Of a DNA stretch of 64,000 nucleotides, positions 1-10,920 are shown in pieces. Position numbers and translations under genes: made by a program. How positions within the stretch are numbered: position 1 is the first letter of the stretch; the number at the start of each line of letters is the position of its first letter. Origin of the DNA: Escherichia phage vB_EcoM_WL-3; sequence record MT968995.1. One strand, 5' to 3'. The notes beneath the pieces were generated by a model. That model was not told where the DNA came from, did no database searches, and saw only the letters and a program-made list of their open reading frames with translations.

Positions 1-82
1 AAATTTAGAAATAATCACTTGGGAATCTAACCGAGAAAAGTCAAAAAGAAATAGCGTAGATCTTTGGGATTTACTAGAATGA
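1..82 (+). CDS. 3-prime end of upstream late gene, probably tail sheath gene 18 (partial)
   Basis: Frame 2 is open from the window edge to TGA at 80-82, immediately followed by a hairpin and late promoters before gene 19; identity inferred from T4 gene order only. Confidence 0.35.
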   Translation, partial: NLEIITWESNREKSKRNSVDLWDLLE

Positions 83-89
83 TTCTAAA

Positions 90-107
90 GGCCTGTTTCG
101 GCAGGCC
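90..107 (+). terminator. GC-rich hairpin (GGCCTG/CAGGCC stem) after the upstream gene
   Basis: Inverted repeat ggcctg...caggcc seen directly; no strong U-run, so it may be an RNA-stability hairpin rather than a true terminator. Confidence 0.45.
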
Positions 108-108
108 A

Positions 109-116
109 TATAAATA
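109..116 (+). promoter_or_regulatory. T4-type late promoter (TATAAATA)
   Basis: Exact TATAAATA match, the gp55-dependent late promoter consensus, upstream of gene 19. Confidence 0.55.
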
Positions 117-167
117 CACTATATCCTTAATTCTTTAATTCTATATGCCCTAGGTTAAACATAGGGA

Positions 168-175
168 TATAAATA
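168..175 (+). promoter_or_regulatory. T4-type late promoter (TATAAATA) for gene 19
   Basis: Exact TATAAATA about 15 bp upstream of the gene 19 start. Confidence 0.6.
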
Positions 176-189
176 CTACAGAGGCTAAT

Positions 190-681
190 ATGTTTGTAGA
201 TGATGTAACACGAGCGTTTGAATCTGGTGATTTTGCTCGACCTAACTTATTCCAAGTAGAAATTTCTTATCTTGGACAAAATTTTACGTTTCAATGTAAA
301 GCCACTGCTTTACCAGCTGGTATTGTAGAAAAAATTCCAGTCGGATTTATGAACCGTAAAATTAACGTAGCAGGCGATCGTACATTCGATGACTGGACTA
401 TTACAGTAATGAATGATGAGGCGCATGATGCACGCCAGAAGTTTGTTGACTGGCAAAGCATTGCTGCTGGGCAAGGAAACGAAATTACTGGTGGAAAACC
501 AGCAGAGTATAAAAAGAGTGCTATTGTACGCCAATATGCTCGTGACGCTAAAACTGTAACAAAAGAAGTCGAAATTAAAGGCCTGTGGCCTACTAACGTG
601 GGTGAACTTCAGTTAGATTGGGATTCAAACAATGAAATCCAAACCTTTGAAGTAACTCTCGCTCTCGATTATTGGGAATAA
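190..681 (+). CDS. 19: Tail tube protein gp19
   Basis: 163-aa ORF; length, sequence and position before portal gene 20 match T4 gp19. Confidence 0.93.
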   Translation: MFVDDVTRAFESGDFARPNLFQVEISYLGQNFTFQCKATALPAGIVEKIPVGFMNRKINVAGDRTFDDWTITVMNDEAHDARQKFVDWQSIAAGQGNEITGGKPAEYKKSAIVRQYARDAKTVTKEVEIKGLWPTNVGELQLDWDSNNEIQTFEVTLALDYWE

Positions 682-713
682 AATGAATGGGGAGAAATCC
701 CCATCCTGCTTAA

Positions 714-2338
<1,625 letters not shown>

Positions 2339-2339
<1 letters not shown>

Positions 2340-2581
2340 TGGAAGGTTTAATTGAAGCTATTAAATCAAACGACCTCGTAGCCGCTCGTAAATTATTTGC
2401 TGAAGCCATGGCTGCAAGAACGATTGATTTAATTAAAGAAGAAAAAATCGCTATCGCTCGTAATTTCTTAATCGAAGGTGAAGAACCTGAAGACGAGGAT
2501 GATGACGAAGATGGTGATGATAAAGACGACAAAAAAGACAAAGACTCTGACGAAGATGACGAAGACGAGGATGATGAATAA
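2339..2581 (+). CDS. 67: Prohead core protein gp67 with acidic C-terminal tail
   Basis: 80-aa ORF with an Asp/Glu-rich C-terminus; position between 20 and 68 as in T4. Confidence 0.85.
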
Positions 2582-3006
2582 TGCTTCTGATCCCTGAAAC
2601 TCATGAATTAGTTCTCGAGAATGTCGAAGCACTTATTCCTGAAGCACAGGGTCGCTTTGACGAATTGTCTTCTGCTTTAAATAAAGACGATATAAATACA
2701 ATTGTCGAGAATATGCTTGATGATGAAACTGATTTAGCAGTTGCATTAGCTTCTATTAATGAAAACATGCCGTTAAATGAATTCATTGTTAAGCACGTTT
2801 CAGCTCGTGGTGAAATTACACGTACTAAAGATCGCAAAACACGCGAACGTAATGCATTTCAAACCACTGGGCTGTCTAAAGCAAAACGTAGACAAATTGC
2901 TCGCAAAGCTACCAAAACGAAGATTGCCAATCCAGCAGGTCAATCTCGTGCTCAGCGTAAGCGTAAAAAAGCTCTTAAACGCCGTAAAGCATTAGGATTA
3001 AGCTAA
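2581..3006 (+). CDS. 68: Prohead core protein gp68
   Basis: 141-aa ORF with a basic C-terminus; overlapping start/stop with neighbours as in T4. Confidence 0.85.
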
Positions 3007-3644
3007 TGAATGAACCCCAATTACTAATTGAAACTTGGGGTCAACCTGGCGAAATTATTGATGGTGTGCCAATGCTCGAATCCCACGATGGAAAAGACTT
3101 AGGTTTAAAACCGGGTTTATACATCGAAGGAATATTCATGCAAGCAGAAGTCGTCAATAGAAATAAACGTCTTTATCCAAAACGCATATTAGAAAAAGCG
3201 GTAAAAGACTATATTAATGAGCAAGTTTTAACTAAACAAGCTCTCGGAGAATTAAATCATCCTCCACGCGCTAATGTTGACCCGATGCAAGCCGCTATCA
3301 TTATAGAAGATATGTGGTGGAAAGGAAATGACGTATACGGACGAGCTCGTGTTATTGAAGGTGACCATGGTCCTGGAGATAAATTAGCAGCTAATATTCG
3401 TGCCGGATGGATTCCAGGAGTTTCTTCTCGTGGATTAGGTTCATTGACTGACACAAATAAAGGTTATCGTATCGTAAACGAAGGATTCAAATTAACTGTA
3501 GGTGTTGATGCAGTATGGGGTCCAAGTGCTCCAGATGCATGGGTAACTCCTAAGGAAATTACCGAATCACAGACGGCGGAAGCCGATACAAGTGCCGATG
3601 ACGCCTATATGGCTCTCGCAGAGGCCATGAAAAAAGCGTTATAA
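3006..3644 (+). CDS. 21: Prohead core protease gp21
   Basis: 212-aa ORF, length and position match T4 gp21. Confidence 0.9.
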   Translation: MNEPQLLIETWGQPGEIIDGVPMLESHDGKDLGLKPGLYIEGIFMQAEVVNRNKRLYPKRILEKAVKDYINEQVLTKQALGELNHPPRANVDPMQAAIIIEDMWWKGNDVYGRARVIEGDHGPGDKLAANIRAGWIPGVSSRGLGSLTDTNKGYRIVNEGFKLTVGVDAVWGPSAPDAWVTPKEITESQTAEADTSADDAYMALAEAMKKAL

Positions 3645-3647
3645 ATA
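3640..3647 (+). promoter_or_regulatory. Late promoter (TATAAATA) for gene 22
   Basis: Exact TATAAATA overlapping the end of gene 21, about 28 bp upstream of gene 22. Confidence 0.6.
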
Positions 3648-3674
3648 TTATTATCTAAACAACAGGACTACAAA

Positions 3675-4484
3675 ATGCTTAAAGAACAACTGATTGCTGA
3701 AGCGCAAAAAATTGATGCTTCCGTTGCTCTTGATAGTATTTTCGAATCAGTTAATATTTCTCCGGAAGCAAAAGAAACTTTCGGCACTGTATTCGAAGCT
3801 ACCGTCAAGCAGCACGCCGTTAAATTAGCTGAATCTCATATCGCTAAAATTGCTGAAAAAGCAGAAGAAGAAGTAGAAAAAAATAAAGAAGAAGCCGAAG
3901 AAAAAGCTGAGAAGAAAATCGCTGAGCAAGCTTCTAAATTCATCGACCATCTTGCGAAAGAATGGCTCGCTGAAAATAAATTAGCAGTTGATAAAGGCAT
4001 CAAAGCCGAACTGTTTGAATCCATGCTTGGTGGATTAAAAGAGCTCTTTGTTGAACACAACGTTGTTGTTCCAGAAGAATCAGTTGATGTTGTGGCTGAA
4101 ATGGAAGAAGAGCTGCAAGAACATAAAGAAGAATCAGCTCGTCTGTTCGAAGAACTCAATAAGCGTGACGCATATATCAATTATGTGCAGCGTGAAGTGG
4201 CATTGAGCGAAAGTACTAAAGATCTGACTGAGTCTCAAAAAGAAAAAGTCTCTGCTCTGGTCGAAGGTATGGATTATTCAGATGAATTCTCAAATAAATT
4301 GAGTGCCATCGTAGAAATGGTGAAGAAGTCTAATAAAGATGAAAGCACTATTACTGAGGGTATAAATACTCCTGATACTGAAGCAGCCGGACTAAATTTC
4401 GTCACTGAAGCTGTAGAAGATAAAGCTGCACCTGGTGCAGAAGATATTGTAAGTGTATATGCGAAAGTCGCATCTCGTTTCTAA
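3675..4484 (+). CDS. 22: Prohead scaffold/core protein gp22
   Basis: 269-aa ORF, highly charged coiled-coil-like sequence; matches T4 gp22 in length and position. Confidence 0.9.
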   Translation: MLKEQLIAEAQKIDASVALDSIFESVNISPEAKETFGTVFEATVKQHAVKLAESHIAKIAEKAEEEVEKNKEEAEEKAEKKIAEQASKFIDHLAKEWLAENKLAVDKGIKAELFESMLGGLKELFVEHNVVVPEESVDVVAEMEEELQEHKEESARLFEELNKRDAYINYVQREVALSESTKDLTESQKEKVSALVEGMDYSDEFSNKLSAIVEMVKKSNKDESTITEGINTPDTEAAGLNFVTEAVEDKAAPGAEDIVSVYAKVASRF

Positions 4485-4502
4485 TTTTAAAGGTTAACAC
4501 AA

Positions 4503-6068
4503 ATGACTATCAAAACTAAAGCTGAACTTTTGAACAAATGGAAGCCATTACTGGAAGGTGAAGGTTTACCGGAAATTGCTAATAGCAAACAAGCGATTAT
4601 CGCTAAAATCTTTGAAAACCAGGAAAAAGATTTCCAGACAGCTCCAGAGTACAAAGACGAAAAAATCGCCCAGGCGTTCGGTTCTTTCTTAACAGAAGCT
4701 GAAATCGGTGGTGACCACGGTTACAATGCTACTAACATCGCTGCTGGTCAGACTTCTGGCGCAGTAACTCAGATTGGCCCAGCTGTTATGGGTATGGTAC
4801 GTCGTGCTATTCCTAACCTGATTGCTTTCGATATTTGCGGTGTTCAGCCGATGAACAGCCCGACCGGTCAGGTATTCGCACTGCGCGCAGTATATGGTAA
4901 AGACCCAATCGCTGCCGGTGCTAAAGAAGCATTCCACCCAATGTATGGTCCAGATGCAATGTTCTCTGGTCAGGGTGCTGCTAAGAAATTCGCTGCTTTG
5001 AAAGCAAGTGATACTCTTGAAGTTGGAACTATTTACACCCACTTCTTCCAGGACACTGGTACTGTGTATCTGCAAGCTACAGAAGTTAAGCAAATTGACA
5101 CTAGTGCAACTGACGCAGCTAAATTAGATGCTGAAATTAAGAAACAAATGGAAGCTGGCGTACTGGTAGAAATCGCCGAAGGTATGGCTACTTCTATCGC
5201 TGAACTTCAGGAAGGTTTCAACGGTTCTACCGATAACCCATGGAATGAAATGGGCTTCCGTATCGATAAACAAGTTATCGAAGCTAAATCTCGTCAGCTG
5301 AAAGCTGCTTACTCTATCGAATTAGCACAAGACCTCCGCGCTGTTCACGGTATGGATGCTGATGCTGAACTGTCTGGTATTCTGGCTACCGAAATCATGC
5401 TGGAAATCAACCGTGAAGTTGTTGATTGGATTAACTACTCAGCTCAGGTTGGTAAATCTGGTATGACCCTGACTCCAGGTTCTAAAGCTGGTGTATTTGA
5501 CTTCCAGGATCCGATTGATATTCGTGGTGCTCGCTGGGCGGGTGAATCCTTTAAAGCTCTGTTGTTCCAGATTGACAAAGAAGCAGTTGAAATTGCTCGT
5601 CAGACCGGTCGTGGTGAAGGTAACTTCATTATCGCTTCCCGTAACGTAGTTAACGTTCTGGCTTCAGTTGATACTGGCATTTCTTATGCTGCACAGGGTC
5701 TGGCTACCGGCTTTAACACTGATACTACCAAGTCAGTATTTGCTGGTGTTCTGGGTGGTAAATACCGTGTATATATCGACCAGTATGCTAAACAGGATTA
5801 TTTCACTGTAGGTTATAAAGGTCCGAACGAAATGGATGCTGGTATTTACTATGCTCCATATGTAGCTCTGACTCCGCTGCGTGGTTCCGATCCGAAGAAC
5901 TTCCAACCAGTAATGGGATTCAAAACTCGTTACGGTATCGGTATCAACCCATTTGCAGAATCCGCTGCTCAGGCTCCGGCTTCTCGCATCCAGAGCGGTA
6001 TGCCTTCTATTCTGAATAGCCTTGGTAAAAACGCTTACTTCCGCCGTGTATATGTTAAAGGTATCTAA
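4503..6068 (+). CDS. 23: Major capsid protein gp23
   Basis: 521-aa ORF beginning MTIKTKAELLNKWKPLLEG, recognised as T4 gp23; strong E. coli-like codon usage. Confidence 0.97.
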   Translation: MTIKTKAELLNKWKPLLEGEGLPEIANSKQAIIAKIFENQEKDFQTAPEYKDEKIAQAFGSFLTEAEIGGDHGYNATNIAAGQTSGAVTQIGPAVMGMVRRAIPNLIAFDICGVQPMNSPTGQVFALRAVYGKDPIAAGAKEAFHPMYGPDAMFSGQGAAKKFAALKASDTLEVGTIYTHFFQDTGTVYLQATEVKQIDTSATDAAKLDAEIKKQMEAGVLVEIAEGMATSIAELQEGFNGSTDNPWNEMGFRIDKQVIEAKSRQLKAAYSIELAQDLRAVHGMDADAELSGILATEIMLEINREVVDWINYSAQVGKSGMTLTPGSKAGVFDFQDPIDIRGARWAGESFKALLFQIDKEAVEIARQTGRGEGNFIIASRNVVNVLASVDTGISYAAQGLATGFNTDTTKSVFAGVLGGKYRVYIDQYAKQDYFTVGYKGPNEMDAGIYYAPYVALTPLRGSDPKNFQPVMGFKTRYGIGINPFAESAAQAPASRIQSGMPSILNSLGKNAYFRRVYVKGI

Positions 6069-6082
6069 TCTTTGACGATTTA

Positions 6083-6100
6083 AGGGACCTTCGGGTCCCT
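6083..6100 (+). terminator. Intrinsic terminator after gene 23 (AGGGACC-UUCG-GGUCCCU hairpin plus U-run)
   Basis: Perfect 7-bp stem with UUCG tetraloop followed by ttagttgttttt. Confidence 0.7.
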
Positions 6101-6116
6101 TTAGTTGTTTTTATGG

Positions 6117-6124
6117 TATAAATA
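6117..6124 (+). promoter_or_regulatory. Late promoter (TATAAATA) for gene 24
   Basis: Exact TATAAATA about 28 bp upstream of the gene 24 ATG. Confidence 0.6.
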
Positions 6125-6151
6125 AATCATATAAACCAAAAGGAAAGCGCA

Positions 6152-7435
6152 ATGGCTAAAATCAACGAACTTCTGCGCGAATCAACCACAACGAATAGCA
6201 ACTCAATCGGTCGCCCAAATCTCGTTGCTTTGACTCGCGCTACCACTAAATTAATATATTCTGACATTGTAGCAACGCAAAGAACTAATCAACCTGTTGC
6301 TGCTTTTTATGGTATCAAATACCTTAATCCAGATAACGAATTTACTTTTAAAACTGGTGCTACTTACGCTGGCGAAGCTGGATATGTAGACCGAGAACAA
6401 ATCACAGAATTAACAGAAGAGTCTAAATTAACTCTCAATAAAGGCGATTTATTCAAATATAATAATATCGTTTATAAAGTATTAGAAGATACACCATTTG
6501 CTACCATTGAAGAAAGCGATTTAGAATTAGCTCTTCAGATTGCAATTGTTCTTTTAAAGGTTCGTCTATTTTCTGATGCAGCATCAACAAGCAAATTTGA
6601 AAGTTCTGATAGCGAAATTGCGGATGCTAGATTCCAGATTAATAAATGGCAAACCGCAGTTAAATCTCGTAAACTTAAAACTGGCATCACAGTTGAATTA
6701 GCACAAGATTTAGAAGCAAATGGATTCGATGCTCCTAATTTCTTGGAAGATTTGCTTGCAACTGAAATGGCGGATGAAATCAATAAAGATATTCTACAGT
6801 CTTTGATTACAGTATCAAAACGCTATAAAGTTACAGGAATTACTGATACCGGATTCATTGATTTGAGTTATGCATCTGCACCTGAAGCTGGTCGTTCATT
6901 ATACCGAATGGTATGTGAAATGGTTTCGCATATCCAAAAAGAATCAACTTATACTGCAACGTTCTGTGTTGCTTCAGCTCGTGCCGCTGCGATTCTTGCT
7001 GCATCAGGTTGGTTAAAACATAAACCAGAAGATGACAAATATCTTTCACAAAATGCCTACGGGTTCTTAGCTAATGGTTTACCGCTTTATTGCGATACTA
7101 ACAGCCCATTAGATTATGTAATCGTTGGTGTAGTAGAAAATATCGGTGAAAAAGAAATTGTCGGATCAATTTTCTATGCTCCGTATACAGAAGGTCTTGA
7201 CTTAGATGACCCTGAACATGTAGGTGCATTTAAAGTTGTAGTTGATCCAGAAAGTTTGCAGCCATCTATCGGTTTATTGGTTAGATATGCTTTATCTGCA
7301 AATCCTTACACTGTAGCAAAAGATGAAAAAGAAGCAAGAATAATTGATGGTGGAGACATGGATAAAATGGCGGGTCGTTCAGATTTGTCTGTTTTATTAG
7401 GTGTTAAGCTACCAAAAATTATCGTTGATGAATAA
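6152..7435 (+). CDS. 24: Capsid vertex protein gp24
   Basis: 427-aa ORF, a gp23 paralog in the expected position and length. Confidence 0.93.
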   Translation: MAKINELLRESTTTNSNSIGRPNLVALTRATTKLIYSDIVATQRTNQPVAAFYGIKYLNPDNEFTFKTGATYAGEAGYVDREQITELTEESKLTLNKGDLFKYNNIVYKVLEDTPFATIEESDLELALQIAIVLLKVRLFSDAASTSKFESSDSEIADARFQINKWQTAVKSRKLKTGITVELAQDLEANGFDAPNFLEDLLATEMADEINKDILQSLITVSKRYKVTGITDTGFIDLSYASAPEAGRSLYRMVCEMVSHIQKESTYTATFCVASARAAAILAASGWLKHKPEDDKYLSQNAYGFLANGLPLYCDTNSPLDYVIVGVVENIGEKEIVGSIFYAPYTEGLDLDDPEHVGAFKVVVDPESLQPSIGLLVRYALSANPYTVAKDEKEARIIDGGDMDKMAGRSDLSVLLGVKLPKIIVDE

Positions 7436-7441
7436 AAACAA

Positions 7442-7459
7442 AGGGACCGAAAGGTCCCT
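7442..7459. terminator. Bidirectional terminator hairpin between gene 24 (+) and rnlB (-)
   Basis: AGGGACC-GAAA-GGTCCCT hairpin flanked by A/T runs on both sides. Confidence 0.65.
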
Positions 7460-7465
7460 TTTTAT

Positions 7466-8470
7466 TTAACTTACCAATTCAATCCAAGCCGGACGAAGTA
7501 CATCTTGTACCATTTTAACTAATTCCTTTTTAACCAAAGAAGGATTATCTGCTTGAGTTAGAGTAATACCTTCACGAGAAGTTTCTTCCAAAATATCTTG
7601 AACAGTTAGTCCCATCACCTTTCCAAAATCCTTCGGACCAATTTCACCAATTTTAGAAATAACGTTATTTACTCGGTTCAGTGTAACGTAGCAAGCTAAA
7701 ATTCCCACCAATTTGTTATCAGCTTCTGATAGTTCAACTTTAGCTTTAATAGGCTTATCAGACTTTTTCTTTTCACTAAATTTGGAATTCTTGCATTTGA
7801 TGGCTACACGATTTCCATTATGAAGCCAAGAAGGATAACAAGGTTTCAATACATATCCTTCAGCGGTAAATACTTCGCCTTTGGCTTCAGCTTTCCAAAC
7901 ACATTTGTTAGCGTCAACTAATCCAGCATGGTCTACTGTAAAATTATAATCTTGGACGACAGAATCTAAATCATTTGGCAATTTAATAAGTTCTTCAAAT
8001 TTACCACGACCTAAAAGTGGAGCCATTTTAAATTTAAATGTATTACAAAATGATTCCATCATATAATCATCGACATAAGTCACATCACCACTTTCTGTAG
8101 TGACAATAATGTCAAATACATAAAAATCTTTATCGCCATAATCGACATTCTTCTGAATGCCAGGTCCAGCGAATTCGCCAAAGACTTGATAAGATACAAC
8201 CGCCGAAGTTTCCATAATATCTTGTACTGCTTTAATAGAATCTTCGTAATTCTTTAGAATAATTTCATGCCCAAAGAAATCTTCAGCAGGAAGAATCGGT
8301 CCAGTACGTTTAGCGCAAGTTACTTTATCACGCTCAATAATCAATGAGAAATTTGTGCCGTGAATCTTTTCACGAGCTACCCACTCCCCACCAGTCAATC
8401 CCAAGCTATAAAGTTTTTCAATGAATTTAGAATTGTAATGATTTTCAAGACTGCTATACTTTTTAAACAT
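7466..8470 (-). CDS. rnlB: RNA ligase 2 (Rnl2)
   Basis: 334-aa ORF with the nucleotidyltransferase lysine motif EKIHGTN; matches T4 Rnl2 in length and position. Confidence 0.9.
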   Translation of the reverse strand: MFKKYSSLENHYNSKFIEKLYSLGLTGGEWVAREKIHGTNFSLIIERDKVTCAKRTGPILPAEDFFGHEIILKNYEDSIKAVQDIMETSAVVSYQVFGEFAGPGIQKNVDYGDKDFYVFDIIVTTESGDVTYVDDYMMESFCNTFKFKMAPLLGRGKFEELIKLPNDLDSVVQDYNFTVDHAGLVDANKCVWKAEAKGEVFTAEGYVLKPCYPSWLHNGNRVAIKCKNSKFSEKKKSDKPIKAKVELSEADNKLVGILACYVTLNRVNNVISKIGEIGPKDFGKVMGLTVQDILEETSREGITLTQADNPSLVKKELVKMVQDVLRPAWIELVS

Positions 8471-8479
8471 AATTAATCC

Positions 8480-8758
8480 TCAAAATGTAATTTCTAACCA
8501 ATCACCATCACGCTGATCACTATTGACTTTAAAGCTAAATCCTTCTTTTCTCAGCCAATCACCAATTTCTTCAGTAATCAATTTATCGCGAGCAGTGCAA
8601 TAATAACTAAAATATGTTTTACCTTGTTCAGCTGCTTTATTAGCAAGTTCCGAAAAATCTTTAATAAAACACTCTAGTTTAAACTGTTTACTTTTAAGTG
8701 CTTTTTCACGTAATTGATTAGCAAAAGATTCATTTTCATAAAGATCATACTGTTCCAT
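8480..8758 (-). CDS. Hypothetical protein (T4 24.2-like position)
   Basis: 92-aa ORF in an operon-like array downstream of the 8745..8960 ORF. Confidence 0.6.
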   Translation of the reverse strand: MEQYDLYENESFANQLREKALKSKQFKLECFIKDFSELANKAAEQGKTYFSYYCTARDKLITEEIGDWLRKEGFSFKVNSDQRDGDWLEITF

Positions 8759-8960
8759 TTTTCACCTTTTTATTAATATGTCTTTTTCTATAGACAACTT
8801 TTTCTCGAGTCTCAAATTTATTTTTAGCAGTCATAGCTCGAGCCCATAATACAGCCACTTCTTTCGCCTGTAAGTTCAATTCACGAGCAATTTCAATGAA
8901 TGACTTTCCAGACTCATGGAGTGTAAACACCACAACCTCAGTTCTCATAATCAATCTCAT
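8745..8960 (-). CDS. Hypothetical small basic protein (T4 24.3-like position)
   Basis: 71-aa ORF, basic C-terminus. Confidence 0.55.
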   Translation of the reverse strand: MRLIMRTEVVVFTLHESGKSFIEIARELNLQAKEVAVLWARAMTAKNKFETREKVVYRKRHINKKVKNGTV

Positions 8961-9027
8961 GTTATCGAGTTGGTGCCATTATATACATCGTTTTCTGATT
9001 GTGTTTTATTTGCTTTCAAAATGAAGA

Positions 9028-9045
9028 AAGGGGCCGAAGCCCCTT
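9028..9045 (-). terminator. Hairpin downstream of hoc (AAGGGGC-CGAA-GCCCCTT)
   Basis: Perfect GC stem with tetraloop immediately 3-prime of the hoc stop on the minus strand. Confidence 0.55.
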
Positions 9046-9049
9046 ATGA

Positions 9050-10180
9050 TTATGGATAGGTATAGATGATACCAGTTTCTAAAGCAGTTTTATGAATGAT
9101 GTATCCATTGCGCGATTCTTGAACATCAACTTCTGGATAGTCTTTCATCATCTTCTGAAGAGTGTAACGATGCAAGTAGTACTTACTATCTGGGTCGTCA
9201 GTTTTCCAATCTTTACCTTCTTCAGTCATTTTTTGGATTTCATCCATAACCCACCAACCGCACCAGATGTAAGCTGAAGTACGATGTGGAAGAGGATGAA
9301 CATAAGGCAATTCACCTTCTGGTTCCGGAGCAACTTTATCAGTCACTTGAACTTGACCTGTTGTTTTAACTGTTTTGCTATCATAGTCAGTTGCTGTAAC
9401 GACAGCAGTAACTTCAATAGTTTGACTTCCAACAGATGAGGTATCGACAGTATATACGTTAGTTGACCCTTCTACAGGAGAAGAATCTTTCTTCCACGAG
9501 TAAGTAATTTGTGCTGCGTCAGGTGCGCCAGTAACATTAGCAGTAAATGTAGCCGAAGCATCTTGCTGAACGTTAATAGAAGGAGGAGTCAATGCAATCT
9601 GTGGATTCATTGTCTTCTTATTAACCGTCAATGATACTTCATTAGAAGTAACTTCCTTTGCATCATAATCTGTCGCTGTTACTTGGGCTACGCATTTAAT
9701 TCCTTTTACTCCACTTGTAGTTGGAGTATAGCTAAATGTAGCGGAAGTTGCTTCACTAACAGGAGAATCATCTACATGCCACTGATACGTAGCAGATGCG
9801 CCTGATGGTTGAGAAGCTAAAGCAGCAGTAAATTCAACAGGAGTTCCAATCACTCCAGCAGCAGGACTATCAGGAGTTACAGCTAAGGTAGTTGTCTGTG
9901 TCTTATTTTGAACTGTGATAGTTGTAGAAGCTTCTGCTGTTTCAGCCTCAGCTTCTGGAACTGTGTTTGTTGCAACTACTTTAATAGTCTTTTGACCGGC
10001 AGGTCCTTTTAGTACATAACTAAAAGTTGCTTCAGTTCCATCTTGTGGAACATCGTCTACAGTCCAAGCATAGGTAATAGTTCCACCTCCAGTTTGACCA
10101 CTGGGTGTAGCAGTAAACTGCTGAGTCTGATCGATAACTCCAGTAGGTGTTTTAGGAGTTATATCAACTGTAAAAGCCAT
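9050..10180 (-). CDS. hoc: Highly immunogenic outer capsid protein Hoc (Ig-like repeats)
   Basis: 376-aa ORF with repeated Thr/Val-rich Ig-like segments and a conserved C-terminal capsid-binding region; length equals T4 Hoc. Confidence 0.9.
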   Translation of the reverse strand: MAFTVDITPKTPTGVIDQTQQFTATPSGQTGGGTITYAWTVDDVPQDGTEATFSYVLKGPAGQKTIKVVATNTVPEAEAETAEASTTITVQNKTQTTTLAVTPDSPAAGVIGTPVEFTAALASQPSGASATYQWHVDDSPVSEATSATFSYTPTTSGVKGIKCVAQVTATDYDAKEVTSNEVSLTVNKKTMNPQIALTPPSINVQQDASATFTANVTGAPDAAQITYSWKKDSSPVEGSTNVYTVDTSSVGSQTIEVTAVVTATDYDSKTVKTTGQVQVTDKVAPEPEGELPYVHPLPHRTSAYIWCGWWVMDEIQKMTEEGKDWKTDDPDSKYYLHRYTLQKMMKDYPEVDVQESRNGYIIHKTALETGIIYTYP

Positions 10181-10189
10181 AAGTTATCC

Positions 10190-10870
10190 TTATTTTAATG
10201 TTACGAAAGAAGAATTACGTGTTTCACGAATTAGAACTGATCCGTCACGGTTAATGTAGTAAATTAAGCTAAATAAAGTTTGGTGTGCCGACGCGTGTTC
10301 AAAACTAGTTGGGTGAGATTTCCAATCCGGAGTTTCAGCAATCCATTGATAAATCCACCAAGGAACAGTACAGAATCCTGGATTTTTTCCAATCAACTGA
10401 AGATTCGGGCTAAAGTTTTCCGGAAGAGTAAATACAGACGGCTTTTCAGATTCAATAATCTCAGCTACAGCCTGCTCAAATTTTTCTTCAACAAAAGGAG
10501 TATCTTCAATCAAAACATCGATATTTTCAGGAATTTTATCCGTTTCTACCACTTCAATTTTAATGTCAGATTTAACCGGAGAATCAATCAGAAGTGCTGC
10601 TTCTGGATTGACCTCTTCATCGTCATATTTTAATCCCTCTGCAGCATCAGCAGCATTGATTAAGTCCTTAATAGATAACCCATCAGTCTCTGGCATAGGT
10701 TCACTAGCGAGCTTCTGGAGGGCTTCTTCAATATCAATAACGATATTATCAAAAGATTTATTCTTTTTGACCTTTATACCAAACTGTTCAGCATATTCAG
10801 CTAATTTAGCCTTAGCTTCTTTATTATCATCAAGAGCCTTCAGCTCTGCAATATAATCTTTATCTATCAT
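10190..10870 (-). CDS. inh: Inhibitor of prohead protease Inh
   Basis: 226-aa ORF, position between hoc and uvsW and length as in T4. Confidence 0.85.
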   Translation of the reverse strand: MIDKDYIAELKALDDNKEAKAKLAEYAEQFGIKVKKNKSFDNIVIDIEEALQKLASEPMPETDGLSIKDLINAADAAEGLKYDDEEVNPEAALLIDSPVKSDIKIEVVETDKIPENIDVLIEDTPFVEEKFEQAVAEIIESEKPSVFTLPENFSPNLQLIGKNPGFCTVPWWIYQWIAETPDWKSHPTSFEHASAHQTLFSLIYYINRDGSVLIRETRNSSFVTLK

Positions 10871-10883
10871 AATATTTCCTCAG

Positions 10884-10891
10884 TATAAATA
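10884..10891 (+). promoter_or_regulatory. Late promoter (TATAAATA) for uvsW
   Basis: Exact TATAAATA about 30 bp upstream of the uvsW ATG. Confidence 0.55.
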
Positions 10892-10920
10892 TAGATATAT
10901 TTATTACATGGTATTTAGAC

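Noticed and set aside
310-534. 74-aa minus-strand ORF inside gene 19
   Set aside because: Entirely antisense to a well-supported structural gene, with low-complexity composition and no SD; a six-frame artefact.
4689-5093. 134-aa minus-strand ORF inside major capsid gene 23
   Set aside because: Antisense to a highly expressed, highly conserved gene; no start context; an artefact of AT-rich sequence.
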